Below, one piece after another: positions 28,499-36,837 of a stretch of 64,000 nucleotides of DNA (position 1 is the first letter of the stretch; every line of letters begins with the position of its first letter). The notes under the pieces were generated by a model. The model ran no database searches and had not been told where the DNA came from. It worked only from the letters and a program-made list of their open reading frames with translations. The DNA comes from Bacteroidales bacterium (GTDB taxonomy: Bacteria; Bacteroidota; Bacteroidia; Bacteroidales; UBA932): contig JAFZRV010000012.1 in NCBI GenBank assembly GCA_017619655.1, forward strand, positions 2,988 through 66,987. The letters are read 5' to 3'. Position numbers and translations under genes: made by a program.

Positions 28499-29824
28499 AT
28501 GAAAGAAATCAAAAAATTGTTCGTCGCCCTGACCATCGCCATGGTCTCGATGATGGCGATGGCCGTCAGTTGTGAACAACCCGAACCGGAGCCGGAACCG
28601 GAACCGGTCAAAGAATACAACTTCGACCTCTTTGTCTGCGCCGTCAAGCACGGCGGCATGTCCAAGAACAAGAACGGCACGTATGTGCGCAGCGTCCCCG
28701 CCCTGACGGCCGACCAGCCGCGTGTCGAGTTCACCGGCAAGGGTATCGACATTACAGAGGATTACACGCTCGAGAGCATTACGAAAGGCAAATACTACTA
28801 TCAGGTGCCCCAGAAAGCCACGGGCGGTTTCGTGAAATTCCACATCACCAAGAATGCGGCTGGAGAGGAGACCATCGTCGAGGACTCGGAGATTCCGTTC
28901 AAGGACAATACCTATTCGGCCCGCAAGTATACGCACGCCTGGCTAGCCGACGGCAAGACGCTGGTGATCATCGGCACGGCCAACAGCGCCAAGCAGATCA
29001 TCTGGACCAAGATTGCGGATTCCGATGCAGGGATGTCCATCCTGAGTGAAGGCACGTTCGATATCTCCGTTCCGACGGGCTTCAGCGCCTTTTCCACGTC
29101 CGGCCTGCTGACCTATCGGGCCAGCGACCAGAAACTCTATTACTTCTACCTGACGAAGCCCAAGTCCGGCCAGAGCGACGCAACTACGTCGAAGACCTGG
29201 ATCGCCATCATCGATCCGACCACCATGGCCGTTGAATCGAATACCGAAGTGCCTGGGGACATCATGGAAGAGACCGCCGGCAGCGCGTATGGCGAACTCA
29301 TGCAGAATATGATCATGTACGACGAGGCAGACAACCTGTATCTTTCCGGCCTGATTACGGTCAATGGAACCGAGATGGGTATCCTGCGCCGCATCCCCGC
29401 AGGTCAGAAGACCTTTGACCCGTCCTGGAACGGTTTCCCGAATCCGGAGGGCAAGCTGCTGACCATCCAGTACCTGGGTGACGGCAGGGCGCTCAGCTAT
29501 TCCCAGAACAATTCGCTCGTCGAAAAACTCACGATCGACAGCAAGGTCAACTTCTACTCGATCATCAACCTGTCTACAGGGACACGCATGCGCGTGAAAT
29601 TCGACGGTACGGACCTGCAGTACTGCGGCGGCCGCTTCTCGCAGCGCAGCGTCGTGGTCAACGGCAAGGCCTACATCGGTGTGGGCGGCGAGACGGAAGG
29701 CGAGGCTGAAGCGACCTATCCGACCATCTACATCTATGACTGCAAGACCGGTTCGGTGGAGAAGGGCGTGGAGCTCTCCAAGGGCTTCTGCTTCGACATT
29801 ATCCGGGCGATGGATGCTGAATAA
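28499..29824 (+). CDS. Surface lipoprotein partner of the receptor (possible beta-propeller, BtuG/XusB/DUF4374-like)
   Basis: Lipobox MMAMAVSC followed by a (PE)n linker. It sits directly downstream of the riboswitch-controlled receptor. The family assignment is from memory of similar TBDT-adjacent lipoproteins and is not demonstrated. Confidence 0.5.
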   Translation: MKEIKKLFVALTIAMVSMMAMAVSCEQPEPEPEPEPVKEYNFDLFVCAVKHGGMSKNKNGTYVRSVPALTADQPRVEFTGKGIDITEDYTLESITKGKYYYQVPQKATGGFVKFHITKNAAGEETIVEDSEIPFKDNTYSARKYTHAWLADGKTLVIIGTANSAKQIIWTKIADSDAGMSILSEGTFDISVPTGFSAFSTSGLLTYRASDQKLYYFYLTKPKSGQSDATTSKTWIAIIDPTTMAVESNTEVPGDIMEETAGSAYGELMQNMIMYDEADNLYLSGLITVNGTEMGILRRIPAGQKTFDPSWNGFPNPEGKLLTIQYLGDGRALSYSQNNSLVEKLTIDSKVNFYSIINLSTGTRMRVKFDGTDLQYCGGRFSQRSVVVNGKAYIGVGGETEGEAEATYPTIYIYDCKTGSVEKGVELSKGFCFDIIRAMDAE

Positions 29825-29843
29825 GCAATTGTAATACAGGAAA

Positions 29844-31142
29844 ATGAAACCGCAACTGCTGATCGGCGCCCTGCATTCGGGCGGTGGCAAGACCACCGTC
29901 ACGATGGGCATCCTGCGCGCCTTGCGCCGCAGGGGCCTGAAGGTGCAGCCGTTCAAGTGCGGTCCCGACTATATCGACACCCAGTTCCACAGCCTGGCCA
30001 CGGGCCGCGATTCGGTGAACCTCGATACCTGGCTCGCTTCCGATTCGCATGTGCAGGACATCTACGCCCATTATGGCGCCGATGCCGACGTCTGTGTCGT
30101 GGAAGGCGTGATGGGACTGTTCGACGGTTACAACCGGAAGGAGGGCAGCAGCGCGTCCATCGCACAGCTGCTCGACATCCCGGTCCTGCTGGTGGTCAGC
30201 GCCCGCAGCACGGCCTATACCGTGGCGGCGCTGCTCCACGGCGTGAAGACTTTCCGCCCCGGGCTCCGGATTGCCGGCGTGGTCTTCAACCAGGTCGCAT
30301 CGCGGCGCCACATCCAGCTGTTGCAGCAGGCCTGCGACGATGCGGGACTCCGCTGCTTCGGCTTCCTTCCCGCATCTGAAGGGCTGAAGATCCCCTCCCG
30401 GCACCTGGGCCTGACCCTGGGCCAGGAGGAGCAGATGGAACAGTGGATCGAATGTGCCGCCGACCTGGTGGCGTCCCATGTGGACCTGCCCGGGCTGCTG
30501 GAAGCCTGCACCTGCCCGTTTCAGGCACCAGCGCCTGCGCCTTCGCCATCCGCGGCCGGAAAGCTGCGTATCGCCGTGGCGCGCGACGCTGCCTTCAGTT
30601 TTATCTATCGTGAAAACCTCGACCGGCTCGCCGAGCGCGGTCCCGTAACTTTTTTCAGCCCGCTGGCGGGCGACCCGCTGCCCGAGGCCGACCTGGTCTA
30701 TCTTCCCGGCGGCTACCCCGAACTCTTCGCGCGCGAGCTTTCTGCGCGTCGGAAGACGATGGAGCAGCTGCACGGCTATGCCGAGGCCGGAGGACGAATC
30801 CTGGCGGAGTGCGGCGGCATGATTTACCTTTCTTCATTTATAGTGTGTGTTGGAGAAGGCTCCTTCCGGATGTGCGGTATCCTGCCATTTACCGCAACGA
30901 TGGAAGGAGCCCGACTCCAGCTGGGCTACCGGCGCCTGGTGGATGCGTCGGGCCGGGAATGGAGAGGGCACGAATTCCACTATTCCCGGCTGACAGATCC
31001 GGCGGCCCTGCCTTCGGCGGCGAAGCAGTACGATGCGCGCGGAGAAGCGGTTCCCACACCGTTGTACCGCTATAAAAACGTCATTGCCGGGTATACGCAT
31101 CTGTACTGGGGTGAAGCGGATATTTTGTATATTTGGGAGTGA
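29844..31142 (+). CDS. cbiA: Cobyrinate a,c-diamide synthase
   Basis: N-terminal P-loop GGGKTTVTMG with KCGPDYID, and a C-terminal glutamine amidotransferase domain (ECGGMIYL). Confidence 0.9.
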   Translation: MKPQLLIGALHSGGGKTTVTMGILRALRRRGLKVQPFKCGPDYIDTQFHSLATGRDSVNLDTWLASDSHVQDIYAHYGADADVCVVEGVMGLFDGYNRKEGSSASIAQLLDIPVLLVVSARSTAYTVAALLHGVKTFRPGLRIAGVVFNQVASRRHIQLLQQACDDAGLRCFGFLPASEGLKIPSRHLGLTLGQEEQMEQWIECAADLVASHVDLPGLLEACTCPFQAPAPAPSPSAAGKLRIAVARDAAFSFIYRENLDRLAERGPVTFFSPLAGDPLPEADLVYLPGGYPELFARELSARRKTMEQLHGYAEAGGRILAECGGMIYLSSFIVCVGEGSFRMCGILPFTATMEGARLQLGYRRLVDASGREWRGHEFHYSRLTDPAALPSAAKQYDARGEAVPTPLYRYKNVIAGYTHLYWGEADILYIWE

Positions 31143-32290
31143 TGATGAAACGACATATTACTTTTTTCCTGCTGGCGGCTTTGTTGTTGTCGGCAGTTTC
31201 TTGTAAAAGAGAGGCCGCGAAGGCATCCGGTGCGTTGCAAGCCGAAGGCGGTGCCGGTCTGGTTGAAACCCGCTACGCGGAGGGATTTCGCGTGCGCTAT
31301 ACAGACGCGGGCTGTCTGGTGGATGTCCAGGATCCCCAGCGCGGAGAAAAAGAGTCGTTCCATTATCTGCTGGTCCCGCGCGGCACGGAACCCGCATCCG
31401 TACCGGCGGGCTATTCTGTCCTGGAAGTGCCGGTGGAGCGGGTGGTCTGCATGACTTCGCTCCAGCTGTCGAATTTCATCTGTCTGGACGAACTCGACCG
31501 GGTGGCCGGCGTGACCAGTACGCGGCATTTGTTCAATCCCGAAATGAATCAACGGCTCGCCGACGGCCGTACCCGCAAGATCGGGATCGAAGGCAATTTC
31601 GACAGCGAGGTGATCCTGGCGCTCGATCCTGACTTGATCCTGATCTCTCCCTTCAAGCGCGGAGGATACGAAGCGCTTCGCGGCGTTGATATCCCGCTGG
31701 TTCCGCACCTGGGCTATCAGGAGGCGACGCCCCTCGGGCAGGCCGAATGGATCAAGTTCGTCGGCTTGCTGACGGGGGAGGAGGAGAAGGCCAATACCGT
31801 TTTCGCCGCCATCGAGGAGCGCTATAACGCGTTGAAGGCGCTGACGGCCGATGTCGAGGAGCGCCCCGTGGTGCTCAGCGGCGAGCTGCACGGTGGCAAC
31901 TGGTATGTGGGTGGAGGCCGCAGCTTCCTGGCGCAGATCTTCAGGGATGCCGGCGGCGCGTATTTCCTGCCGGAAGATACGAACGCCGGCGGGCTGAACC
32001 TCGATTTCGAGACGGTCTACAGCCAGACCGCGAATGCCAGATACTGGCGCATCGTCAACAGCTACAACGGCAGTTTCAGTTATGATGCGCTGAAGGCTGA
32101 GGACGCCCGCTACGCCGATCTCAACGCCTTTAAGGAAAAGGGCGTCATCTACTGCAACATGCGGGAGAAACCCTTCTACGAGAGCATGCCGGTGCAACCC
32201 GACGTGGTGCTGGCCGACCTGATCCATATTTTCCATCCGGAACTGCTGCCGGCCGATTACCAGCCGGTTTTCTACGAATTGCTGCCATGA
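31142..32290 (+). CDS. ABC transporter substrate-binding lipoprotein (BtuF/FhuD class)
   Basis: Lipobox LLSAVSC. The periplasmic-binding-protein class III pattern (VVCMTSLQLSNFICLDELDRVAGV, DPDLILISPF) is present. Its start overlaps the cbiA stop (TGATG). Confidence 0.8.
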   Translation: MMKRHITFFLLAALLLSAVSCKREAAKASGALQAEGGAGLVETRYAEGFRVRYTDAGCLVDVQDPQRGEKESFHYLLVPRGTEPASVPAGYSVLEVPVERVVCMTSLQLSNFICLDELDRVAGVTSTRHLFNPEMNQRLADGRTRKIGIEGNFDSEVILALDPDLILISPFKRGGYEALRGVDIPLVPHLGYQEATPLGQAEWIKFVGLLTGEEEKANTVFAAIEERYNALKALTADVEERPVVLSGELHGGNWYVGGGRSFLAQIFRDAGGAYFLPEDTNAGGLNLDFETVYSQTANARYWRIVNSYNGSFSYDALKAEDARYADLNAFKEKGVIYCNMREKPFYESMPVQPDVVLADLIHIFHPELLPADYQPVFYELLP

Positions 32291-33324
32291 AACGCCCCGT
32301 CGCCGTCGGAATGATCCTGCTGGGCGTGGCCATCCTCGTCCTGTTCTTCCTGAACCTGCTGCTGGGCTCGGTGTCCGTGCCGGCCGGCCAGGTCTGGAAA
32401 GTCCTTTGGGGCGGGGAAGCGGACAATGCGATCTGGCAGAACATCGTCCTCAAGTCGCGTTTCCCGCAGGCGCTTACGGCGCTGGCGGCGGGTGCGGGCC
32501 TGTCGGTGGCCGGTCTGCAGATGCAGACGGTCTTCCGCAACCCGCTGGCCGGTCCTTCGGTGCTGGGTGTCAGCTCGGGCGCGAGTCTGGGCGTGGCTTT
32601 TGTCGTGCTGCTGTCCGGCCGTCTGGGCGGCGTGGCCCTGAGCCGGCTCGGCTACATGGGCGAATTCGCCATGACGGTGGCGGCCATTATCGGGGCGCTG
32701 GCCATCATGCTGTTGATTGTCTGGGTGGCGCAGAAAGTGCGTGGCAACGTGACGCTGCTGATCATCGGTGTAATGATCGGCTATGTGGCGACGGCTATTA
32801 TCGGCGTGCTGAAGTTTTTCAGCGCCGAGGAGGATGTGCGCGCCTATGTGGTCTGGGGCCTGGGTAGTTTCGCCCGCGTGTCGGGCGGCCAGGTCATGAC
32901 TTTCGTGGCCATCATGGCCATTCTGCTGCCGCTTTCTTTCCTGCTGGTCAAGACGCTGAACCTGTTGTTGCTGGGTGACGGCTATGCCCGCAACCTGGGA
33001 TTGAATGTGCGTCGGGCACGCATCTGGGTCATCACATGCACCGGCGTACTGGTGGCTATCGTGACGGCCTACTGCGGCCCGATTTCATTCCTGGGCCTGG
33101 CTGTCCCGCATTTGTGCCGGGGCATTTTCCGTACCTCCGACCACCGGGTTCTGATGCCGGCCTCACTGCTGGCAGGTGCCGCACTGGCGCTGCTTTGCAA
33201 CCTGATCGCCCGGATGCCGGGCTTCGAGGGTGCCCTGCCTGTCAATTCCGTCACGGCACTCATCGGCGCGCCGGTCGTCGCCGTGGTGCTGTTTAAACGA
33301 AGAAGGGAGGACACGGGCGAATGA
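32287..33324 (+). CDS. ABC transporter permease (FecCD/BtuC family)
   Basis: 345 aa and polytopic, with typical FecCD segments (LLGDGYARNLGLNV, GPISFLGLAVPH). Confidence 0.85.
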   Translation: MKRPVAVGMILLGVAILVLFFLNLLLGSVSVPAGQVWKVLWGGEADNAIWQNIVLKSRFPQALTALAAGAGLSVAGLQMQTVFRNPLAGPSVLGVSSGASLGVAFVVLLSGRLGGVALSRLGYMGEFAMTVAAIIGALAIMLLIVWVAQKVRGNVTLLIIGVMIGYVATAIIGVLKFFSAEEDVRAYVVWGLGSFARVSGGQVMTFVAIMAILLPLSFLLVKTLNLLLLGDGYARNLGLNVRRARIWVITCTGVLVAIVTAYCGPISFLGLAVPHLCRGIFRTSDHRVLMPASLLAGAALALLCNLIARMPGFEGALPVNSVTALIGAPVVAVVLFKRRREDTGE

Positions 33325-34106
33325 AACGCGAGGAAACCATCCGCATTGACGGCCTGTCGATCGGCTATACCGGCAAACACGGCGTCAAAACGGTATCGGA
33401 AGGGATTACCGATACCATCCGCAGCGGCGAACTGACCTGCCTGCTGGGCGAGAACGGCGCCGGTAAATCGACGCTCCTGCGCACGCTCGCCGGTTTCCTG
33501 CCACCGCTGGCCGGATCCATCTCCATTCTGGGGAAGCCGCTGAAGGAGTACCGGGAAAAGGAACTGGCCACGGTCATCGGCGTGGTCCTGACCGAGAAGA
33601 ACAACCTGCAGAACATGACGGTCGAAGAACTGGTGGGCATGGGCCGCAGTCCCTACACCGGTTTCTGGGGCCGTCTTTCCGCAGAAGACCGCCGCAAGGT
33701 GGGGGCGTCGCTCGACCTGGTCGGCATCGCTTTCCTGCGCGACCGACTGGTTCAGACCCTCAGCGATGGCGAAAGGCAGAAAGTGATGATTGCCAAGGCT
33801 TTGGCGCAGGAAACGCCCGTCATTTTCCTCGACGAGCCTACGGCATTCCTCGACTATCCGAGCAAGGTGGAAATTCTTCACCTGCTGTACCGTCTTTCAC
33901 ACGAGGCCGGCAAGACGGTCTTCCTGTCCACCCACGACCTGGAGCTGGCCCTGCAGATTACGGACCGCATCTGGCTGATGGACAAGGGGGGCGGTGTCCA
34001 TATCGGGACGCCCGAAGACCTGACCCGGGATGGCTCGCTGGATCGTTTCTTCAACCTTGCGGACAGGGAAAAGCGTATCAGCATCCATTTTGACCTCAAT
34101 CCATGA
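33321..34106 (+). CDS. ABC transporter ATP-binding protein (BtuD/FecE-like)
   Basis: Walker A GENGAGKST, signature LSDGERQK, Walker B IFLDEP. Confidence 0.9.
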   Translation: MKREETIRIDGLSIGYTGKHGVKTVSEGITDTIRSGELTCLLGENGAGKSTLLRTLAGFLPPLAGSISILGKPLKEYREKELATVIGVVLTEKNNLQNMTVEELVGMGRSPYTGFWGRLSAEDRRKVGASLDLVGIAFLRDRLVQTLSDGERQKVMIAKALAQETPVIFLDEPTAFLDYPSKVEILHLLYRLSHEAGKTVFLSTHDLELALQITDRIWLMDKGGGVHIGTPEDLTRDGSLDRFFNLADREKRISIHFDLNP

Positions 34107-34130
34107 TGATTCAACTATAGAAGATTTGCT

Positions 34131-34138
34131 TATTTTTG
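34131..34138 (+). promoter_or_regulatory. Bacteroidota -7 promoter box (TATTTTTG)
   Basis: TAnnTTTG match 26 nt upstream of the transporter ATG. Confidence 0.4.
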
Positions 34139-34163
34139 TGCCCGAAATTTAACCTCGTATACT

Positions 34164-35669
34164 ATGTTTAAAAACTTTACCGGTTTCAATCTTGTCGATT
34201 CCCTGCACAAGATGACCGTAGAATTCCGGCAGCAGACCAAATGGCTCAGGACAAAAACCTTCGAGGCCATGGTGGTGATTGCCGTCACTTTGATTCTTTG
34301 GTTTCTCCCCACAGCCTCGTTCGGTATCGACGGCTTGACCGTCGTGCAGCAGCGCATCATCGCGGTCTTCGCTTTTGCGACGCTGATGTGGGTGTTCGAG
34401 ATAGTTCCATCCTGGGCTACGTCCATAGCGATTATGGGACTCCTGCTCCTGTTTACATCGGATTCGGGCGTCAAGTGGCTCTGCAATCCGGAGGAAGTGG
34501 GCAAGCTGCTGAGTTATAAAGGCATCATGGCCTGCTTCGCCGATCCGGTGATCATGCTGTTCATCGGTGGTTTCGTGCTGGCCATCGCAGCCACCAAGAC
34601 CGGCCTGGACGTACATCTGGCGAAGATCCTGCTGAAACCCTTCGGTACCAAGAGTGAAATCGTGCTGCTGGGCTTCCTGCTCATCACGGGCCTCTTCTCG
34701 ATGTTCATTTCCAATACGGCGACGGCTGCTATGATGCTGACCTTCCTGGCTCCGGTGTTCAAGCAGCTCCCCGCCAACGGCAAGGGCCGCATCGCCATGG
34801 CCCTCAGCATCCCTGTGGCCGCCAACCTGGGCGGCATCGGCACGCCGATCGGCACCCCGCCGAACACCATCGCCCTGAAATACCTGAACGATCCGGAAGG
34901 CCTGAACCTGGGCATCGGCTTCGGCCAGTGGATGCTTATCATGGTGCCGCTGGTCGCCCTGCTGCTTTTCATCAGCTGGATTGTCATCAAGAAAGTCTTC
35001 CCGTTCACCCAGAAGACCGTCGAACTGAAGATCGAGGGTGAGATGAAGAAAGACAAGAAGACCCGCATCGTCATCGTCACCTTCATCGTCACCGTATTGC
35101 TCTGGCTGCTCGACTCCTTTACCGGCATCAATACCTATACGGTGGCGCTCATCCCGTTGGCTGTCTTTGCCGTCACCGGTGTCATCGACCGGCGCGACCT
35201 CGAGGAAATCAACTGGTCTGTGATCTGGATGGTGGCCGGCGGTTTCGCGCTCGGCTATGCGATGAACTCGTCCGGACTGGCGACGCTGGTGGTGAAGAAC
35301 ATTCCGTTCGCTTCGTTCTCGCCGGTGCTGATCCTCATCCTGTCCGGTTTGATCTGCTACGGTCTGTCGAACTTCATCTCCAACTCGGCGACGGCGGCTC
35401 TGCTGATGCCGATCCTCGCAGTCGTCTGTACGGCGATGGGTGACAAGCTCGACGCCATCGGCGGTACCGCCACGGTATTGATTGGTGTGGCCATCGCCTC
35501 CAGCAGCGCGATGATCCTGCCCATCTCGACGCCGCCGAATGCCCTGGCCTACGCCACGAACCTGGTCCAGCAGAAGGATATGGCCAAGATCGGCCTGATC
35601 GTCGGCATCATCAGCATCGTGCTGGGCTACGCCTTCCTGTATGTCTTCGGATCGATGCACTTGCTGTAA
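34164..35669 (+). CDS. SLC13/DASS-family anion:sodium symporter
   Basis: 501 aa and polytopic, with the duplicated SNTATAAMM / SNSATAALLMP hairpin motifs of the DASS family. Confidence 0.8.
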   Translation: MFKNFTGFNLVDSLHKMTVEFRQQTKWLRTKTFEAMVVIAVTLILWFLPTASFGIDGLTVVQQRIIAVFAFATLMWVFEIVPSWATSIAIMGLLLLFTSDSGVKWLCNPEEVGKLLSYKGIMACFADPVIMLFIGGFVLAIAATKTGLDVHLAKILLKPFGTKSEIVLLGFLLITGLFSMFISNTATAAMMLTFLAPVFKQLPANGKGRIAMALSIPVAANLGGIGTPIGTPPNTIALKYLNDPEGLNLGIGFGQWMLIMVPLVALLLFISWIVIKKVFPFTQKTVELKIEGEMKKDKKTRIVIVTFIVTVLLWLLDSFTGINTYTVALIPLAVFAVTGVIDRRDLEEINWSVIWMVAGGFALGYAMNSSGLATLVVKNIPFASFSPVLILILSGLICYGLSNFISNSATAALLMPILAVVCTAMGDKLDAIGGTATVLIGVAIASSSAMILPISTPPNALAYATNLVQQKDMAKIGLIVGIISIVLGYAFLYVFGSMHLL

Positions 35670-35678
35670 TCGGAAGAA

Positions 35679-36524
35679 ATGAAACGGCTGTTACTGATCG
35701 CTTTGGCAGTTATGGCTTTTCTGGCGCCTGCAACCGCTCAGGAAAAGGGTGGCAAGACCGCGTTGCTGATGGTGCATTTCGGCACCAGCTACGACGAGAC
35801 GCGGATGAAGACCATCGACGCCGTCAATGCGAAGGTCTGCGAGGCTTTCCCGGAATACACTTTCCGGGAAGCCTGGACCTCGCGCATGATCATCCGCAAG
35901 CTGAAGGGACGTGGCATCGTGAAGGACACGCCGCTGGAGGCGCTGATGCGCCTGCGGGCGGATGGGTATACGCGCGTGCTGGTGCAGTCCACCACGCTGC
36001 TGGAGGGGGCCGAGATGGCTTCGCTGCGGCGTGATGTGGAGAGCCTGGCGCCTTTCTTCGACGAGATCCGGGTGGGGGAGCCGCTGCTCTATTCGGTGGA
36101 TGACTGCCGCAAGGTGGCGGAGATCCTGTTGCGGCGCCACGGCGACAGGGCCGATGCAAAGAAACACGCGCACGTGGTCTTCGTGGGTCACGGCACCTAT
36201 GCCCCGGCCAATGCCACCTACAGCCAGATGGAACATCTCTTCCAGCATCTGGGCGGTCCGCTTTTCCATGTCGCTACGATTGAAGGTTATCCCACGCTGG
36301 AGACGTTGCTGGCCGACCTGAAGGCCGCCAAGGCCCGCAAGGTGACGCTGGTTCCGATGCTGCTCGTGGCGGGCGACCACGCGACCAATGACATTTCCGG
36401 CGAGTGGAAAGAAGCCCTGGAAGCCGCGGGTCTTGAAGTGGAAGTCGTGCTGGAGGGCCTCGGACAGCTTCCTGAAATCCAGGACATGTACCTTGAGCAT
36501 ATCCGAAATGCCGCTGGCCGGTAA
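35679..36524 (+). CDS. cbiK: CbiK-type sirohydrochlorin cobaltochelatase homologue carrying a Sec signal peptide
   Basis: The CbiK-like core starts LLMVHFGTSYDE, with a second-half VFVGHGT histidine segment. The N-terminus MKRLLLIALAVMAFLAPATAQE looks like a cleavable signal peptide. Confidence 0.75.
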   Translation: MKRLLLIALAVMAFLAPATAQEKGGKTALLMVHFGTSYDETRMKTIDAVNAKVCEAFPEYTFREAWTSRMIIRKLKGRGIVKDTPLEALMRLRADGYTRVLVQSTTLLEGAEMASLRRDVESLAPFFDEIRVGEPLLYSVDDCRKVAEILLRRHGDRADAKKHAHVVFVGHGTYAPANATYSQMEHLFQHLGGPLFHVATIEGYPTLETLLADLKAAKARKVTLVPMLLVAGDHATNDISGEWKEALEAAGLEVEVVLEGLGQLPEIQDMYLEHIRNAAGR

Positions 36525-36573
36525 GCATACCGGGCCTCATACGGCTGTCCTTTGTAATAGCCGAGTTTTTTAT

Positions 36574-36581
36574 TATATTTG
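36574..36581 (+). promoter_or_regulatory. Bacteroidota -7 promoter box (TATATTTG) ahead of riboswitch 2
   Basis: TAnnTTTG match directly upstream of the riboswitch. Confidence 0.5.
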
Positions 36582-36587
36582 CAATGA

Positions 36588-36790
36588 TTTTGGTAATCGG
36601 GCGGCGGTAAGCCGCGCCGATGCAAGGGAACCCGGTGGAAATCCGGGGCTGTTCCTGCAGCTGTAATCCCCACGAAGGGTCTGCTTCCAAAACGCCACTG
36701 GGCGCTCCGCCATCCCCCGTCTGCCGGGCCGGATCGGAGCAAAATCCCGGGAAGGCGGAGCGGACCGGGGAGAGCCAGAAGACCTGCCAA
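36588..36790 (+). ncRNA. Cobalamin (B12) riboswitch 2
   Basis: Core caagggaacccggtggaaatccgggg...gcagctgtaa, B12 box gccactg at 36694..36700, gggaaggc, and closing gccagaagacctgcc identical to riboswitch 1. Confidence 0.85.
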
Positions 36791-36837
36791 GATTTGAATT
36801 TACGCGCGTTCAGGAACAAGCGAAGGCGGAAAAGGGA

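Noticed and set aside
28575-28605. Short tandem ccggaa/ccggag repeat
   Set aside because: It encodes the (PE)n tether directly after the lipoprotein cysteine. It is a common low-complexity linker, not a DNA-level repeat element or CRISPR-like array.
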